This document shows, one piece after another, positions 23,844 through 37,729 of a DNA stretch of 64,000 nucleotides. The stretch spans positions 496,001 through 560,000 of the forward strand of contig NC_047083.1 in NCBI RefSeq assembly GCF_902459465.1, in the 5' to 3' direction. The notes under the pieces were generated by a model that did not search any database, had not been told where the DNA came from, and was given only the letters and a program-made list of their open reading frames with translations. How positions within the stretch are numbered: position 1 is the stretch's first letter; every line of letters begins with the position of its first letter. Both the position numbers and the translations under genes were made by a program. The DNA is from Asterias rubens (lineage: Eukaryota).

Positions 23844-26800
23844 TTATATACCAGAAGAAAAGAAGCGAAAACTCAATGTATTTAGACAGTAATTTCCTTT
23901 CTTGTGACTATGGCAAGCTGTGGTACATACGCATCAATTTGTTCTATACGTTGGCAACCGTCCGCAGGTATAATAAATGTTTATTGCTGGTGGGTTTTTA
24001 GTGGACATCAGGGGGCGGTTTATGTCATTCCAGGGCGTGTGTTTAACATTTGCCTGGTGCCACACTCTATATATAAATATAGGAGGATACAATACGACTT
24101 ACACTCATCAATAAGAAAGAAAAAATGTATATAAATGAACAAAAGGGTTAACTCGTCAGCGTTGTCTCCCCCCCCCCCCGCCTTGCCCCTCTTAATGCAG
24201 CCAGGGCAAACCCACTCTCTTCTAATCCTTACCCATTAACTACGCGCGATTCCAGGATAAAATCCATTAATTGAATTATTTGGAGGTGCTCCCAACCAAC
24301 GTCACTTATAACCGCCGGTCTGCGCGGCCTTCAAGGGTTATAGAAGGATTAGTTGGTTATTTCCCAATTTAGCGTGGAGACAACGATTGTTCATGCCGTG
24401 GATACAGCACTATCGGCCCCACGGGCACATTTCCTTCGTCACGCTGTTTTTTTTTTTTTTTTTTTTTTTTACTCATGATAGAAATGTCGAACGGTAAATC
24501 ATTTGATGGGAATGTTTGTACACAATACTTTCGGCATTATCGACTCGCTTAATTCGAGATGTGTTGGTAAGCTTTGACAATCCGAATACTAGCCTGCGGA
24601 CTGTTAAAGAGAGTGTTGCATTCCTATATGGAACAAAATCCACTCTACTATGATCGATTTTTAATCGAGTCTGGTATTCGATACTGTATCCCGATAATTA
24701 CATGCCCCCATTTTTTTTTCTAAATTCAAAAAATGCAGCTTTTAATTGAACAAGAATACATTTTTGACAAAGACATCAAGACGTTAACAGGCCTGTAATA
24801 TTCACGATACAAAATCCCCGTTTAAGATCAAGTTCCCTCATTTGCATATCGATCACGAAATCAAAATGGCGGCAGTATTCTGAACCTTTGTCCAAAATGG
24901 CGAGCAGGAAAAAACAAATTAATTTGACGTAAACATAGTTTTTTATATATATATCTGCCAACTTCCTGTGCAACCCAAAAGAGGACCGGTGACACTATAC
25001 AACAGCTGTAACTTACAAAACTTCTATCTTTTCCCATTACATTACCCCGAAGTGCAATGATTCTCTTAAAAAAGGTTTATATCAAAAGATGCTGCACTCT
25101 TAACCAAGTAAGTTGTATTCGCCATAATTGTAACAGTGACTACAAATCGTATTTTATTTATGGTTTATCTAATCTGAATAAAAAACAACCAAGGGTTCGA
25201 CAAAATTCAATTTACAGTTTTTACAGAGTTAACATTCAACAATAATGTTAAATCCATACGCAAACACAAAAAGTATATAGTTTATCAATAACGATGAATT
25301 TCTGGGGCAGTTTTTGTCTGCTCACAGTGACCAAACCCCCAGGGGTCAGACTCTGGCTGCCCCACAGTGTTTGTCACAGCATGTGGCACATACAACATGC
25401 AGTGATTCTTTGTTGTATACGAGTCAAGTTCAATCTAAGTGTCTTGCAGTCTTCACAAACACGGGGTATGTCAGGCCGGTGGTCCAGATCAAGTCTATAT
25501 TTGGCTACAAAATAGGAGATCCACGATTGAGTTTTGGATTTTGTTGAGGGTCATGACAACTCTATCTGTGTCCTACAAAAAGTGAAAGTTCACAAATGGT
25601 TTGTACCTTATTCTAAATACACGTCTTGTAAGAATACAATATTATCATGGGATGATGTGAAGTTGGGATTACAAAATAAAAACATTTCAAAAGTAAAACA
25701 GTGAAGAATTGTCAAAATGTTCTCTTGTGACTCCAATGACTGATTGAGCTTAACTTTCACAGGTTCGTTATTTTTATTTTTTAGGGTCATATAAAAAGAG
25801 GATACTGGTATTAAACAACAACCAATCTTGTCCCCTGTGCTTGAAAGTGTATACACATAGCAATGTTATAGGACGAGTCAGTTTCTATAGAAGACAATAA
25901 GTAAATCGAAGTAGTATACATATCAAATGCATATCAAAAAGGAAGTATCACATGCTTACATAAGAATAGCATTTTGACATATCAAGAGAATTTTTTTTTT
26001 TTTTAAATTGGGTTAAAAAAAAGCTGTTTTAAAAACCCCAAATCACTTCAATATTGTTCCATGTTATGCTTCGGGGAAAAAAAACTACCAAATTACATTG
26101 AAACATTCTTACAAATCTGAAGACTACTTTGCCAGTCTAATTCCAACACAGCTGGATGGGATAGAAGTAGCGGACCAACCGGATCGCTGTAATTATTATC
26201 TGGACGTTGGCCTACATCCCTGTATCGAATGGGGTCTATGCACTTTATTGCCTGAGTAGGATTTGCGGCTTGAATGTATTGGATTGAAGGAAAAGGGGGT
26301 CAAAAACTAATTCTTGATCCCGTCTCATAAATCCTTTTAAATGATTTTAGATCGATCTCTACCACAAGTCAAAAAAAGAAGAGAGAAATCTTTGCAAAGT
26401 GGATTGTTGATTACGAATCAAAGCTGGAAGTGGGAAGTGTAACACCTTAATGTACACAGCTTAACAAAGCACTGACCTCAAAAATCCATCAAGATTTCTA
26501 GGTTAGGGAGGCCGTCTTTAACTAACCCCCATTTACCGCCGAGAAACAAATCGCTCAAGTTTCCTTCCAAAGTATAACACTTGTGAGATAATCAAATCCA
26601 GAGTTTCTTTAATACGAGCAAGTAGTAACGTTAAGACAATAATAATGGCTACAAAACTACCGCGGAAAAAACACTGTTTCTTCCTCCATGTTTTGTTACC
26701 TAGCATTCTCTACTACTTTTTCTTCCTCGATTCCTCCAATATTTAAGACATATTTTCTGTTTCTTGTAAAAGTTAAACACAGTGAGTGAAAGCAGCCGTT

Positions 26801-28488
26801 TCATGTTGCCTTGAGGCAGAATGACCGAGCTCCATGAACCCACCATTGTTTTATTGAAGGGTTTTGGGGGTAAACCCAAAAGAGCCCTGGCGAATTGTCC
26901 TTCATTTAACCTTTTTGCACACCCTTGAAATTGGATTTTTCCCCAGCCGGTTGGCAAAACTCGTCATCGTGAGAAACTTGAGCTTCTTTGGGGGAGCCGG
27001 AAACTTTGCAAACCGACGGGGTTATATTTACTTCCATGCGGTGAGTAAGAGTGACAGAATATAATGAAATTTATGAAGTGGTTCCTTAAAGTGGAGGACT
27101 GGTTAAAAAAACCTGAAACATACCCACAATATTTCTGATAGCAACTTTAAAAAGATATGGAAGTGAAGTTGGGAAGGCTAGTCTAGTCTTCTTATTATGA
27201 ACAAAGCACAACAAACCACCAGATTTTCAGAGCCAGAATGTGGCATTTCATTTAGTTCATTACAATTATTTAGTTCATTACAATTTGATTTGAGTTTTAC
27301 ATTCACCGCCATTGCCAAGTATCAATCTTTCATTGGTCAATTGCAGAGTTTGAGATCAGCAACATGGCGGCCTAAATAGCCTCAGAACATTACACAAAAC
27401 AAAGCACAATAACGTCTTACTTCTCTTCTTTTTTCATGGTGGGTTGGTGAGATGGAGAACAACTTTACCTTAAGGCTTTCGAGTCTACCATCGAAGACAA
27501 ACTTACACTTCAAAATATTTTCTTTAATTTCCTTTATAAAAAAAGATGATTTGAGAGAACACCTAGGGAAGCAACCATGGGTGCCGCAAGTTGATCCGCC
27601 CCTATCGGGTGTAGCAAGCACCAGGGTGCCATGTTTCATTTGGTAGGAGTGACAGCTGATTCTGTTATTTCTTGCCACCAGGTGCCAAGACTGGAGATCA
27701 ATCAAGGGGGACTGGGTTCAAAGCAAACCGGCAGGGACCCGTGTGTCTGGTCGTGGTGCTGTGAAAACACCACGGGGCTGATCAAGCAAGGTGCAAGATA
27801 TTTAATCATAAGAATCCTCCATCCACGCCTGCTGGCTGGTATAGACTGGGGTTGAGGTAATTTTAAAATAACTTAAAATGGTAACGTTTTGACCGGGTGC
27901 TGTCTTGGTGGTACACGACAGTTGAGTCTCCTCTCACAATCTCAAAGTTATTCTTGATTTTTTTTTTTTTTTACCGAGTTGAGGGATAAAATTTGAGGGT
28001 TTGATCGGAAATATCGGATATCCTGTGAAATAAATCTTGTCTTTAATACCTAACCACATCCCGATTCTATCGTGGGTTGTCGTGACGTATCTTATTTATG
28101 GTATTGCGAATGTTTGAAACAGCTGCAACAAGATGTGATGCAACCTTGAGCTGAGGTCGCATCATGTTATCCATTTGACTCAAGTCTAGATCCCTGACTC
28201 ATTACATAGTTGAGGCAATAATGAACCATTTTTATTTTGTTCTATTGCAGAAGATGCGTTAACATAAACAGTTAAATCAGGCAAATCGTGCGCGCTTCTA
28301 TTTTTGTCTGTCGCAAAATTTAAGCTTTCCAATTGGTTGGTCTAGTTATTGTTGCCATACAGGCTAGTCACATGGTATTAATACTATTTGTTAACGGTTG
28401 ACAAAGAGGGCGTGCACAGTGGACACAAATGACAAGAGAAAAAACATTGTCCATGTTATGTTTATATTATGGTATAATGTACACAAAT

Positions 28489-28656
28489 GGGCCCTACTTA
28501 ATATTAGGGCTACTTAAGTACAAAAATAAGCTAGGCAAAACAAACAAATGCTTACCAGAATAAGGTATCCTGCTCATTATGGTATCCTGCTCATTATTGC
28601 TAAGTAGGAATTTTCCAAGCAGGTTTAACTGCTTAGGCAGCTCTATAAAACTGGGC
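28489..28656. mobile_element. MITE family E (GGGCCC termini, Harbinger-like)
   Basis: gggccc...gcagctctataaaactgggc; interior atgcttaccagaa is shared with 61918-62100. Lies about 110 bp into intron 2. Confidence 0.6.
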
Positions 28657-28765
28657 TAAGTTCTGTGTGTGTCACTAAGAGTTCTTTAATTTCGTTTTAT
28701 TTTAGTTTGAAACGGCAGTTTTGGCTTATTCTGGCGGGAAAGATAATTTTGAATGGTAGTCTTAC

Positions 28766-29130
28766 CTGCACACGTGCTTCAGTTAGATCACATCTCAGGG
28801 CGAGCTGCTCCCTACAATACACGTCTGGATAATGTGTCTTCTGGAAGACCCTTTCCATCTCCTCAAGTTGGAAGCTCGTGAAGGTTGTCCTGTTTCTTCT
28901 CTTCTTTCTCTTAGAGGCATCGTCCCCCTTAGAGCCCTCGCCATCCTTCCCGTCATCACCTTTATTGTTGTTATTCTCCTCGGAGGATTTGTCACGTGGA
29001 CTACCGGCTGAGGCGTCGTGCAGGTCGGAGGACTTACCGCCTGCCGTTCCGACTCCGGAGGGGTTGACGCTATCATTGTCCTTAACGGACTCGCCGATTG
29101 GTGACGTCAGAGGTGTCATGTCTTTGTTAT
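28766..29130 (-). CDS. alx1: alx1 exon 2: homeodomain N-terminal arm, helices 1-2 ([49 protein letters not shown])
   Basis: Acceptor ttttacattcacag|AT at 29131/29130 (phase 1). Donor CAG|GTAAGA at 28766/28765 (phase 0), at the typical PRD-class homeobox intron position between codons 46 and 47. Confidence 0.95.
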
Positions 29131-29619
29131 CTGTGAATGTAAAATTACCAAAGAAAAAAACGAAACAGTAAATAAATTGCATCTGACAAATGTATTCTTG
29201 TTTCTGATTTCAGTCTTCAAAAATTCTTAAAAGTTAGTCAAATCTGAGAAGGTTGGCCATATGTTGCAGGGGTTATAAGCTAAACCCTGAACCCTCTTCA
29301 GTTATTTCACCAGCTTAGGGGCTTATGAAGCAAAAGGTAAATACGACTACTGTGTACAGCAACGGAATGAAAAACTGTCCACGCCTGGGTGTAAATTGCT
29401 TAGAAATTGCTCTTCTCTAGAGTTTGCTAATCCACAAAACAGATCAAATGTAATGCAGCGTAGCACGCAACGACGTGTTGAGGATACCAGGGAATTAATG
29501 ATGCTTCACGCTCAATCTGAAAGTGCTATGACCAATTGGTGACATGAAGAGAGAAATCGTAGGGGAATGTGAGAATGGGTTTCAAGACGTAATGGCGGTG
29601 AGTTGGGGAGCAGAGTGAT

Positions 29620-30070
29620 ATAATGTACATAGTAGTGTTGTGTTGGTGTTATGTGGCTTTGAATTGGATAGCAATGATATCACTAAGGTAGTGGTGTTGT
29701 GTTGGTGTTTGGTTGGTGTTTATTGGCTTCGGGTAGGAGTAAGCAATATAATATTACAAAGAGAGTGGTGTAGTGATAGTGTTATGGTGGCGCGGTTGGG
29801 AAATCAATGTATAACTTAGTATTGGTGTTGTGCTGGTGTTGCTTTGGGTTTGGGAAAGGAAATTATGTTACAGAGATATTAGGTTGTGTTGGTGTTAGGT
29901 TGCTAGTTGGTGGGGAAGCAAATGCACCATACAAACATTTGCGTTATGGTATGAGTGTTGAGTTTGGTTGAGTTATTGGTGTAGGCCTAAGTAGGTGTTA
30001 TGTTGGTTATGTTAGTGGAAGATTGTACATGTTTGTGTTTATATTTGTTGTTGTCGTTGTTCAAGGTTGT
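29620..30070. repeat. GT-rich degenerate minisatellite (tgttgtgttggtgtt units, about 60-bp spacing)
   Basis: Recurring gttgtgttggtgtt motif; CA-rich on the transcribed strand. Confidence 0.6.
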
Positions 30071-31320
30071 GGTTTAGGAGCCCTATGTGGTAAGGGTGAT
30101 GATCAAGTGAAGCCGCCTCTTCAAGATGGTAAAACAATTTAGGGGTTCCTCTTTCCCCACGTGCAGACCCGACCCTCAAATAAAAAACAACATCCTAATA
30201 AATAATAAACATGTTATAACCAGAGTACAAAAAGACCAGACAACAACGTAACAACTCCTAGCCTCCAGTAATGCGTTTTGAAAACAGCGATCTCGTGCCG
30301 AGACCATAGAGTACCGCACGCAATCAAAACACCGGGACTCACGTCTGAGAAGACCGTGGTGCCGCAGCTTCCATCCCCCGGGGGAGATGCACTTTCACTC
30401 CGGTACAGCCGACAGCTAGCATCGGTCCGAGGCACGGACGCCAGCGAGCACCCCCAGGGAAAATGAAATATACCCTGAGTTTATAAGAGTTGGCCAGACG
30501 ATGTACCCAAATGTAGGTACCTCCTTGACCCTTGTTTGGATACAAGGGGTACAAGGTCTCGCCTAGGGGTGTCAAGGTCGTTACCCATGGGTCTCCCAAA
30601 ATACGACAAGAAAGACACCGTGGGACTATAGTGTTAGAATAACTTGTTGTTTTCGAGTTAGCTATTTAGGAGTTGTTCTCACTGACTTTGTCTGCCGCCC
30701 TGGGACTGTTTTCAACCAATTGAGGCGATAAAAACCACAATAATTTCCAGTACAGCGGGTGGTAGCGGTAAGCGGCTATTTTAACATCTTGTAATCAGAA
30801 TTGTAATTTGTAAGATGCCTGGGGACTTCTCGAAGCCCCAAACAAGCAGAGAGGAATGGTTGCTGATCAACAAAAGTGAATTTGGTCATGAATAATCCTT
30901 TAAAAAAACTGACTAGTTATACAAGACCATGGGAAGAATACGTATGAATTCACAAGGCAGGAAAAGTTGCAGAATAATTTGTTTAGCAAATGTTTACAAT
31001 GAATCAGCAATAATTTATTTACAACATGACATTGTGCCACTTGATCGTAAGCTGCTCTAAGCAATTATATATTGCTACTTAGCAGATTTGTTCCTGGTTA
31101 CTTTGAGTCCCTGCTCTTATGCTTTGAGATGAGGAAAACAATAATATATATATACCCACTGAGTTGAGAAGAAAAAACAAAATTGTAGAAGAATATCTAT
31201 CTTGAGTTGAAATCGATCAAATACAAAGATATCATCAATTAGATCATCAATTATATATCATCAATTAGATGTCATCAATTAGCATCATCATAACAATGTT
31301 AATAAGTGTAAACAAAACCT

Positions 31321-31487
31321 TGTTCAATGATCAGGTAGAAACAAGGGTCCCTTGCTAGATTGTAGCATGGTAGTAAAATTGTACAAAATGTACCTCTTGT
31401 GGAAGGACAACAAATATGTTCAATGATCAGGTAGAAACAAGGGTCCCTTGCTAGATTGTAGCATGGTAGTAAAATTGTACAAAATGT
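31321..31487. repeat. Perfect 71-bp direct duplication (period 96) that includes a family-G fragment
   Basis: 31321-31391 is identical to 31417-31487. Confidence 0.9.
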
Positions 31488-33126
31488 GACTCTCATTTCA
31501 AGGTTCTAGAAATTGATGAATTTAACATATTTTACTTGCGACTCAAGTAGGGAAAATGAACATGAAAAAAAAAACCTATAGCCATTAAGTATACAATGAA
31601 ACATGATATGAAAGTTAACGTGTACGAGGATCTTCTCCCATTTCAACGAAAACGGGATGGCAATCTACTTAGGAAACTCTTTGGTTCACCAGGGTTATCC
31701 GACGGCAGCTAGCGATTCATGGTAGACCACTTTATAAATATTGGCCAACGTTCATGATCTGAAGACGAAACACTCAACATGTCGTCGTGTTGTGAATCTA
31801 GAAACATCGAAATACTTTCACGAAAGTAAACACTCATCGTGACGAGAATGAATAACTAGCAAGAATGACCTTTAACCTATCAGATGCTACGTCACTATGA
31901 CGTACATCTTCACTAATAAGTTAGTTAGTTAGTTAACACTCATCTATTAAGTATTTGCATTGTCGCTGTTCTTTAAACACTAAAATGAACTAAATCGCAA
32001 GGTGCCATCACCAAAGAAGCCGTAAAGCTGACACAATAAAAAGTGTGGTGAAAACAACAGCTAAATAAAAGAACGGTTGCAAAAAAAATTAAATACAACT
32101 TAAGTACTTCAACCTCGTATTCACAACCTCGAATTTACCTTGGTATACATAGTTATAGATACGTGCAGGCCACCTTTCAAACGATAAACAAACGAATAAG
32201 TCAATGCAAGAGTATTCTAAGCAATAAAACGTTAGCTAGTGTTTCAAAAAGATATCAAAATACAACAACCTTGATTCCGGAAGACCGCTGCCGCACCGAT
32301 CAAAGCGTGTTTCTCCAGGTAATACCTGCCGACCAAATTGAGCATTCTACGGCAGTAGACTTAGTGAGTGATGCGGTGATTATGATGATGATGACGGTGT
32401 CGTTTGCTTACAGGCTAGCTTCCTCATTGACCATTTAAGTCGCGTGTGACGTGCTTTATACTACGCGGTATCCGGTGCGCTAGGAGAGGGTGTGTACGTA
32501 TGAGGGACTACAGAGTCCCAGAAGGTCCATGGGGAGTCACCAAGAGCAGGTAGAGAGAGGGGTGGAAACGGCGCAAGGACACAAGCAAACCAATCGGATC
32601 TTTTAACTGTCCTATTACACTAAGTATTGTTTCTTGATCACCGCTTTCCGGTTTCACAAAAGCCACGCCCCTTTTGTCTCTCACTGTAATCTCTGAGGCG
32701 ATGAATCCTGTATGGACAATTTATTATATGATTGACAAGTTGCCTTGCTGACGTCACTGGGCCTTTGTTCGTTAATTGGTAGAGTCCGGTAAGTTGTAGG
32801 ATATCGAGGTTTCTTATCGGCAAAAACCAGGGTTTTATTTTGGTGTTTTTGAACTAATTGACAAAAACAAGTTTTTATTTGTCGCGATTTTTTTAATTGG
32901 ATAGATGAAATACAGATGGTGACAAAATGCGACTTTTGATGTTTTGGGTGTCAATTTGTATTTTGAGTGACATTACTTTATAATCGTTGACGTCAGCAAC
33001 TTTGCTAACATCGGAAACAGGTTTCATCCAAAAAGAACCATCAAAAATGGAGTTATGACACTAGAAGGTTCTAAGCGGTTACAATTGACTGATTAATATT
33101 GAAAAGAAAAATCATGAACATGCTAA

Positions 33127-33498
33127 TAAAGCCATTGGACACTTTCGGAACAGAAAAAAATTAAAAGTTCACAGATTTACAAATATCTTACAGGGTTTAC
33201 AGAAGGTAATGGTGAAAGACTTCTCTTAAAATATTATTCCATGAAATGCTTTACTTTTTGAGAAAACATTAAAACAATAGCAATTTTCGATATCGAGAAT
33301 TACGGATTTATTTTAAACACATGTCATGACACGGCGAAACGTGCGGAAACAAGGGTGGGTTTTCCCGTTATTTTCTCCCGACTTCGATGACCGATTGAGC
33401 CTAAATTTTCACAGGTTTGTTATTTGATATAGAAGTTGTGATACACGAAGTGTGGGCATTGGACAATACTGTTTACCGAAAGTGTCCAATGGCTTTAA
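33127..33498 (-). mobile_element. MITE family A, full length
   Basis: TIRs AGCCATTGGACACTTTCGG / CCGAAAGTGTCCAATGGCT|TTAA; reverse complement of 4878-5245. Confidence 0.85.
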
Positions 33499-36312
33499 AG
33501 TACGCTTTCTTAGTATTTCTGTAACTATTTAGACCTACTTATTCTTAATCGAATCCTAGAGTTCAAGTTAGAAATGAACCATAAGTAGTTGAAAGATAAA
33601 GAACAATGTGAATATTGTTCTTGTTTCTTATTCAGATTTCAAAGCTCACGTCACGAAGTCCCTGTTTTATGTTACAATGGCAACATGAGATCTTACCATA
33701 CCCCGCATTAACGACAGAGGAAACTCATTAAACTAAAGCTATTTATAGACACTTATGTTCCTTTTTAGTATTATTTTATGGTTAGGACACGGGTGTGCCA
33801 CGCGACCATAAAAAAAAACCAACTCCGTTAAAAAGCCGCAACCGAGGGTCAGAAACCATTTAGCGGTGATTCCGCGCACCAGGCCATCCGGCGATCCGCG
33901 CCGTTTGACGGTACAGGAAGACTCTGTCAACGCCGTAACATTAGTGGGAGACCTCGGTGCGTATCTGGGGGAAAACATCTTTGGCGATTGTGGGGGCTTG
34001 GTCTTGAGGCTTGGGGAAACTATTAAGTTCATGGAGAGTGGACTGAACTGAGGGTCACCAACAGATATTAAAAACGTGTTTGTATGTTTTATAAATTGCT
34101 CCCGTTTTCAATTGCTGAGCACTAACTTCTAACTTCCAAAGGTCATGCTTAGAGGGGTTTACAAAGTTACAACCATAAGCAACAATAAGGTTTTGTTTTA
34201 TAAAACACAGAAAATAGTGATGGTAATTTTTGTTTTTTGTGGAGAATCATTGTCTAAGGTCAATCAAGGCCATTGAGTAGGCCCCCTATCATGTACAAAT
34301 TGTTTCACTGAACAAAGTCCAATGGTGGAAAGTTATGTTTTGCATTCCATGTTTTTGTAGGCTTTTAATAACGGCGATACACTCAATGCACTGAAGTGAT
34401 CACACATTATCATTAACGGTTATTTTGTCTTAAAGTACAACCTAAGCTGTTGCATGTCATGTTGTCATTTTAACAAAAGAAACTTTGAAGCAAAAAATTG
34501 ATCGAAATAATGTCAGTATCTGTTTCTGTTTGTTTGAACTGGGTTTTTTTCGGGGGGGGGGGTATCGTCCACCAATTTTATTCATTTATCAACCACTCAT
34601 CATTCATTCATTCCAACAGCTTCCACCGGACACTTAAGTCATGGCTTTCCAAACATTCCTGTCCAGAATTGTTATTAAGACATTAAATTAGCGTCGATGC
34701 CCCTTTCCTGTGAGTGCCTCGTGTCTCATCTCAACCAACACCTCAGAATCACTTCTTGAGTTTTACCTGACACTAATTCTTGGCAGTTCTTTGATTCAAT
34801 AAGAAGATTGCATCCGATAACTCTAACATCTTCACTTCAAGAAGAACTGTGATAAGATTTCATTGCTATTGGGGCATACGATGACCTCGCTCAGGATAGT
34901 CTAGAAAACACACATGCGTGTAGCGCAGGAAGACAATGGCGACGTCGATATGGGTGTTTCGTAGTTAGGTTCCCACCCAAATTAGCAAACAATTGACCCC
35001 AAATTGGTCAAGTAATTCCCCGATCCTGTATGTGTCACCCTCGGGAGTTGTCTACACACTTCCTTCCATAGGAACCATTCAGAGTGACATGTACTGTATT
35101 TGTCAACGCGGTGTGTTTTGGGGCGCTTGTTTTGACGATAATTAAACGGAAACTTTGTCAACACGTGAGATAGGTGTCACACGATGTTACGCACATTCTC
35201 ACTGTGAATGGTTTAACAAAGTTATAAAGTTTGCAAATCAGTGAGTTTCCGTTACGCCTAGTTGAGACTCCAAGGTGGGGACGAGCAGCTAAAGCAATGC
35301 CTTGGGGACGATCAGCTATAAATGGCACTGCATTCGGGACGACATGAAGTTTCTCAAGATATAATAAAACGCATCGACTATGTTGTGCAACTTTCAACGA
35401 TATCACAAAGAGCTAAGAATTTATATTAACGGCCCATTGATCTTAGTTGCTAAGTGAAGTGTGATATCACAATAACAATCACTATGGTAATACTGACAAC
35501 TCATATTAGGATGAATCTTATCTCTGTCTGAAATCGATACATAGAAAGACTTCTATGAGAACTAAATTACGATCATAATGATCTTACAAGACTCTGTCAG
35601 GACACTCAGTCTCAACAATCTCTCAAGTCGGTTTCCCGCACCTTCATTTTATAAGCATCGGATCTTACATCTTAATCTTGACATCATAATCAAAGACAGA
35701 CACTGAGGATCAGCAAAAGATGGATTAGTGATACTACTTTAGTATTAGAAAGAGATTAAAGGACGATTACCTCAGATCAAGAATTCACACACTCACCTAT
35801 TTCATATTCACTTCAATCTTGAAATAAAGACTTACATGACAACTGAAAAAAGGAAGTTGGTAAAACATCTTCAATCTATAATATAATAGCAAATGTCGTT
35901 GGTTCCAGTCCCACACGGGTAATACGTGTGACCTACACACATCGGAGTAAGAGCAAAACCAATCATTTTCGCCAATACTTCTGGTAAAACATTGTCATGA
36001 TTGCAGCAATCTGATTGTTGTTTTCCTTACTCCATTGTTAAATCCATGTGGCTTAACCGAGGCTTTGCGGTAAAAATAGCCTGGTGCCTTATTCTATAAT
36101 TAAAACCAGTGTTTTTGTTGCTGCAGTACAGGAACTCGACAAAGTTTTAGTCTGATAGGCCAACAGCTTCAAATACTAGCAAGAGAAAATCTACCAAAGT
36201 CATCACAAGAAGTTATTAATTCCTTCTTCAACATGTTCTGATTAATTTTGCAAACACAACATTTAGTAGCAAAGCATTGAAACCTCATTAAACAACACCA
36301 GGGCGTTTTAAA

Positions 36313-36677
36313 ACATGTCATTCAAACTAACAGCTAAACCTTTACTGGCTGCACTCAGAACAATCAAGTGCTGCTATAAATATTTCTTATCATGTTCTTT
36401 CTTTAATTCACATCAGTGTACTCAAACAAAGATATGAAGGAATATAGTATGGTCCCTTGATTACAGTATGATCTTATTTACGCCCTAGCGTACAGGACAC
36501 TAGACCAAAAACAGGTCATTCAAAAAAGCCAAACCCTATCGTTCAAAACAGTCAAGTTCTGCTGTATAATTTTCTTTCCTCATATCAATGTCCTCAAACC
36601 GAGGCATGAAGAAATTTAGTCTGGTCCCTTGATTACAGTATGATCTTATTAACGCCATAGTATACAGGAACAAGACC
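36313..36677. repeat. Diverged tandem duplication (about 172-bp period)
   Basis: ggtcccttgattacagtatgatcttatt at 36451 and 36623, with alignable flanks. Confidence 0.75.
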
Positions 36678-37470
36678 TGTACGTCGTTACCATATTAAAG
36701 GTAGCATTGACACATGGTTTGCCATAGTGTTACACCTCCGTTAATCTCTTGTAGTTAATTAAGGGAAGGAGGTAGACCTCATCGCTCACTGCATGTAGGA
36801 TTTAATGCCCTTCCTGGTGCAGTACACCCAACGATAGATCATGGGCGTTACCCTTAAGATATGACGTCACAAACAAAATGGTTTAAAATCTTCTCAATAC
36901 AGTGCGTTCTAATGGGAACGAAACAGTGTTAGGAACTGCCAGGATGGCCGCCATGTTGTATTTTACATGTCATTGTGTACCGCATTGCTTTAGAATCAGC
37001 GCGTCACGCAGCTCCATCTCGCGAACATCATCAATATAAAACACTGCAAATGGTCAAATGAAAAACGACCATTGATTCTTTGAAGGTAAAAGACTGATCC
37101 TGTGAAGTTACTCAAAATGTTGTTACAATTACATAAACCACCAGCGTGAACTTCCCTTTAAAGCTATCAAAACGAACTATCTTGTGGTTTCTCGATATAG
37201 CCCTATAGAGCCCAAAGATAGTTCTAAGATTTGATTGATAAAGATGCATCTTCATCTTGACAAGTCTAAGATGATCCAATGACAGCTTCTGTGAGTCATT
37301 CATTTAGACACCATTGTCCTATGCCACATCATTTGTAACCATGATAAATTAAGGACTATTAATAGGAAATGTGGAACAATCAAATAAGTGAGGAGGGCGC
37401 TTGGACGACTACAAAAGCACTGCTATTAGGCGATCTGACTACAAGCCCAAAACGAGCCCAATCCGCCTGA

Positions 37471-37729
37471 AAATATTATGTGCTGAGGTGCTTTAGTTTT
37501 TGGGTAATGAGTAAAACAATGTCATGAAAATAATTTTCGTCTCATGAGACGAAAATTATTTTAAGCATTTCCAAACCTATTTTCGTTACATTGTTTTACT
37601 CATTTCTCAAAAACTACAGCACCTCAGTAAATAATATTTGAAGGGAAGCTTTTCACTCTCATTATCTTCAAACTCTGTAAGTTTAATGTAAATCTATGGA
37701 CATTTTGAAAAAGTTCCCAAATCCTTTAA
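37471..37729. mobile_element. MITE family D (palindromic, ends CCT|TTAA), 5'-truncated
   Basis: Perfect 36-bp central palindrome at 37527-37562; arms gctgaggtg...gagtaaaacaatg / cattgttttactc...cacctcag; related to 52158-52322. Confidence 0.75.

Noticed and set aside
28697-28765. Read-through VRLPFKIIF... after ARVQ
   Set aside because: It begins at a consensus donor (CAG|GTAAGA) and would truncate the homeodomain before helix 3.
31759-31771. CTGAAGACGAAAC as a hammerhead core
   Set aside because: Only one base lies between CUGANGA and GAAA, so stem II cannot form.
33739-34032. 97-aa minus-strand ORF as an alternative coding exon
   Set aside because: No in-phase donor, no recognisable similarity, and it runs into AT-rich sequence.
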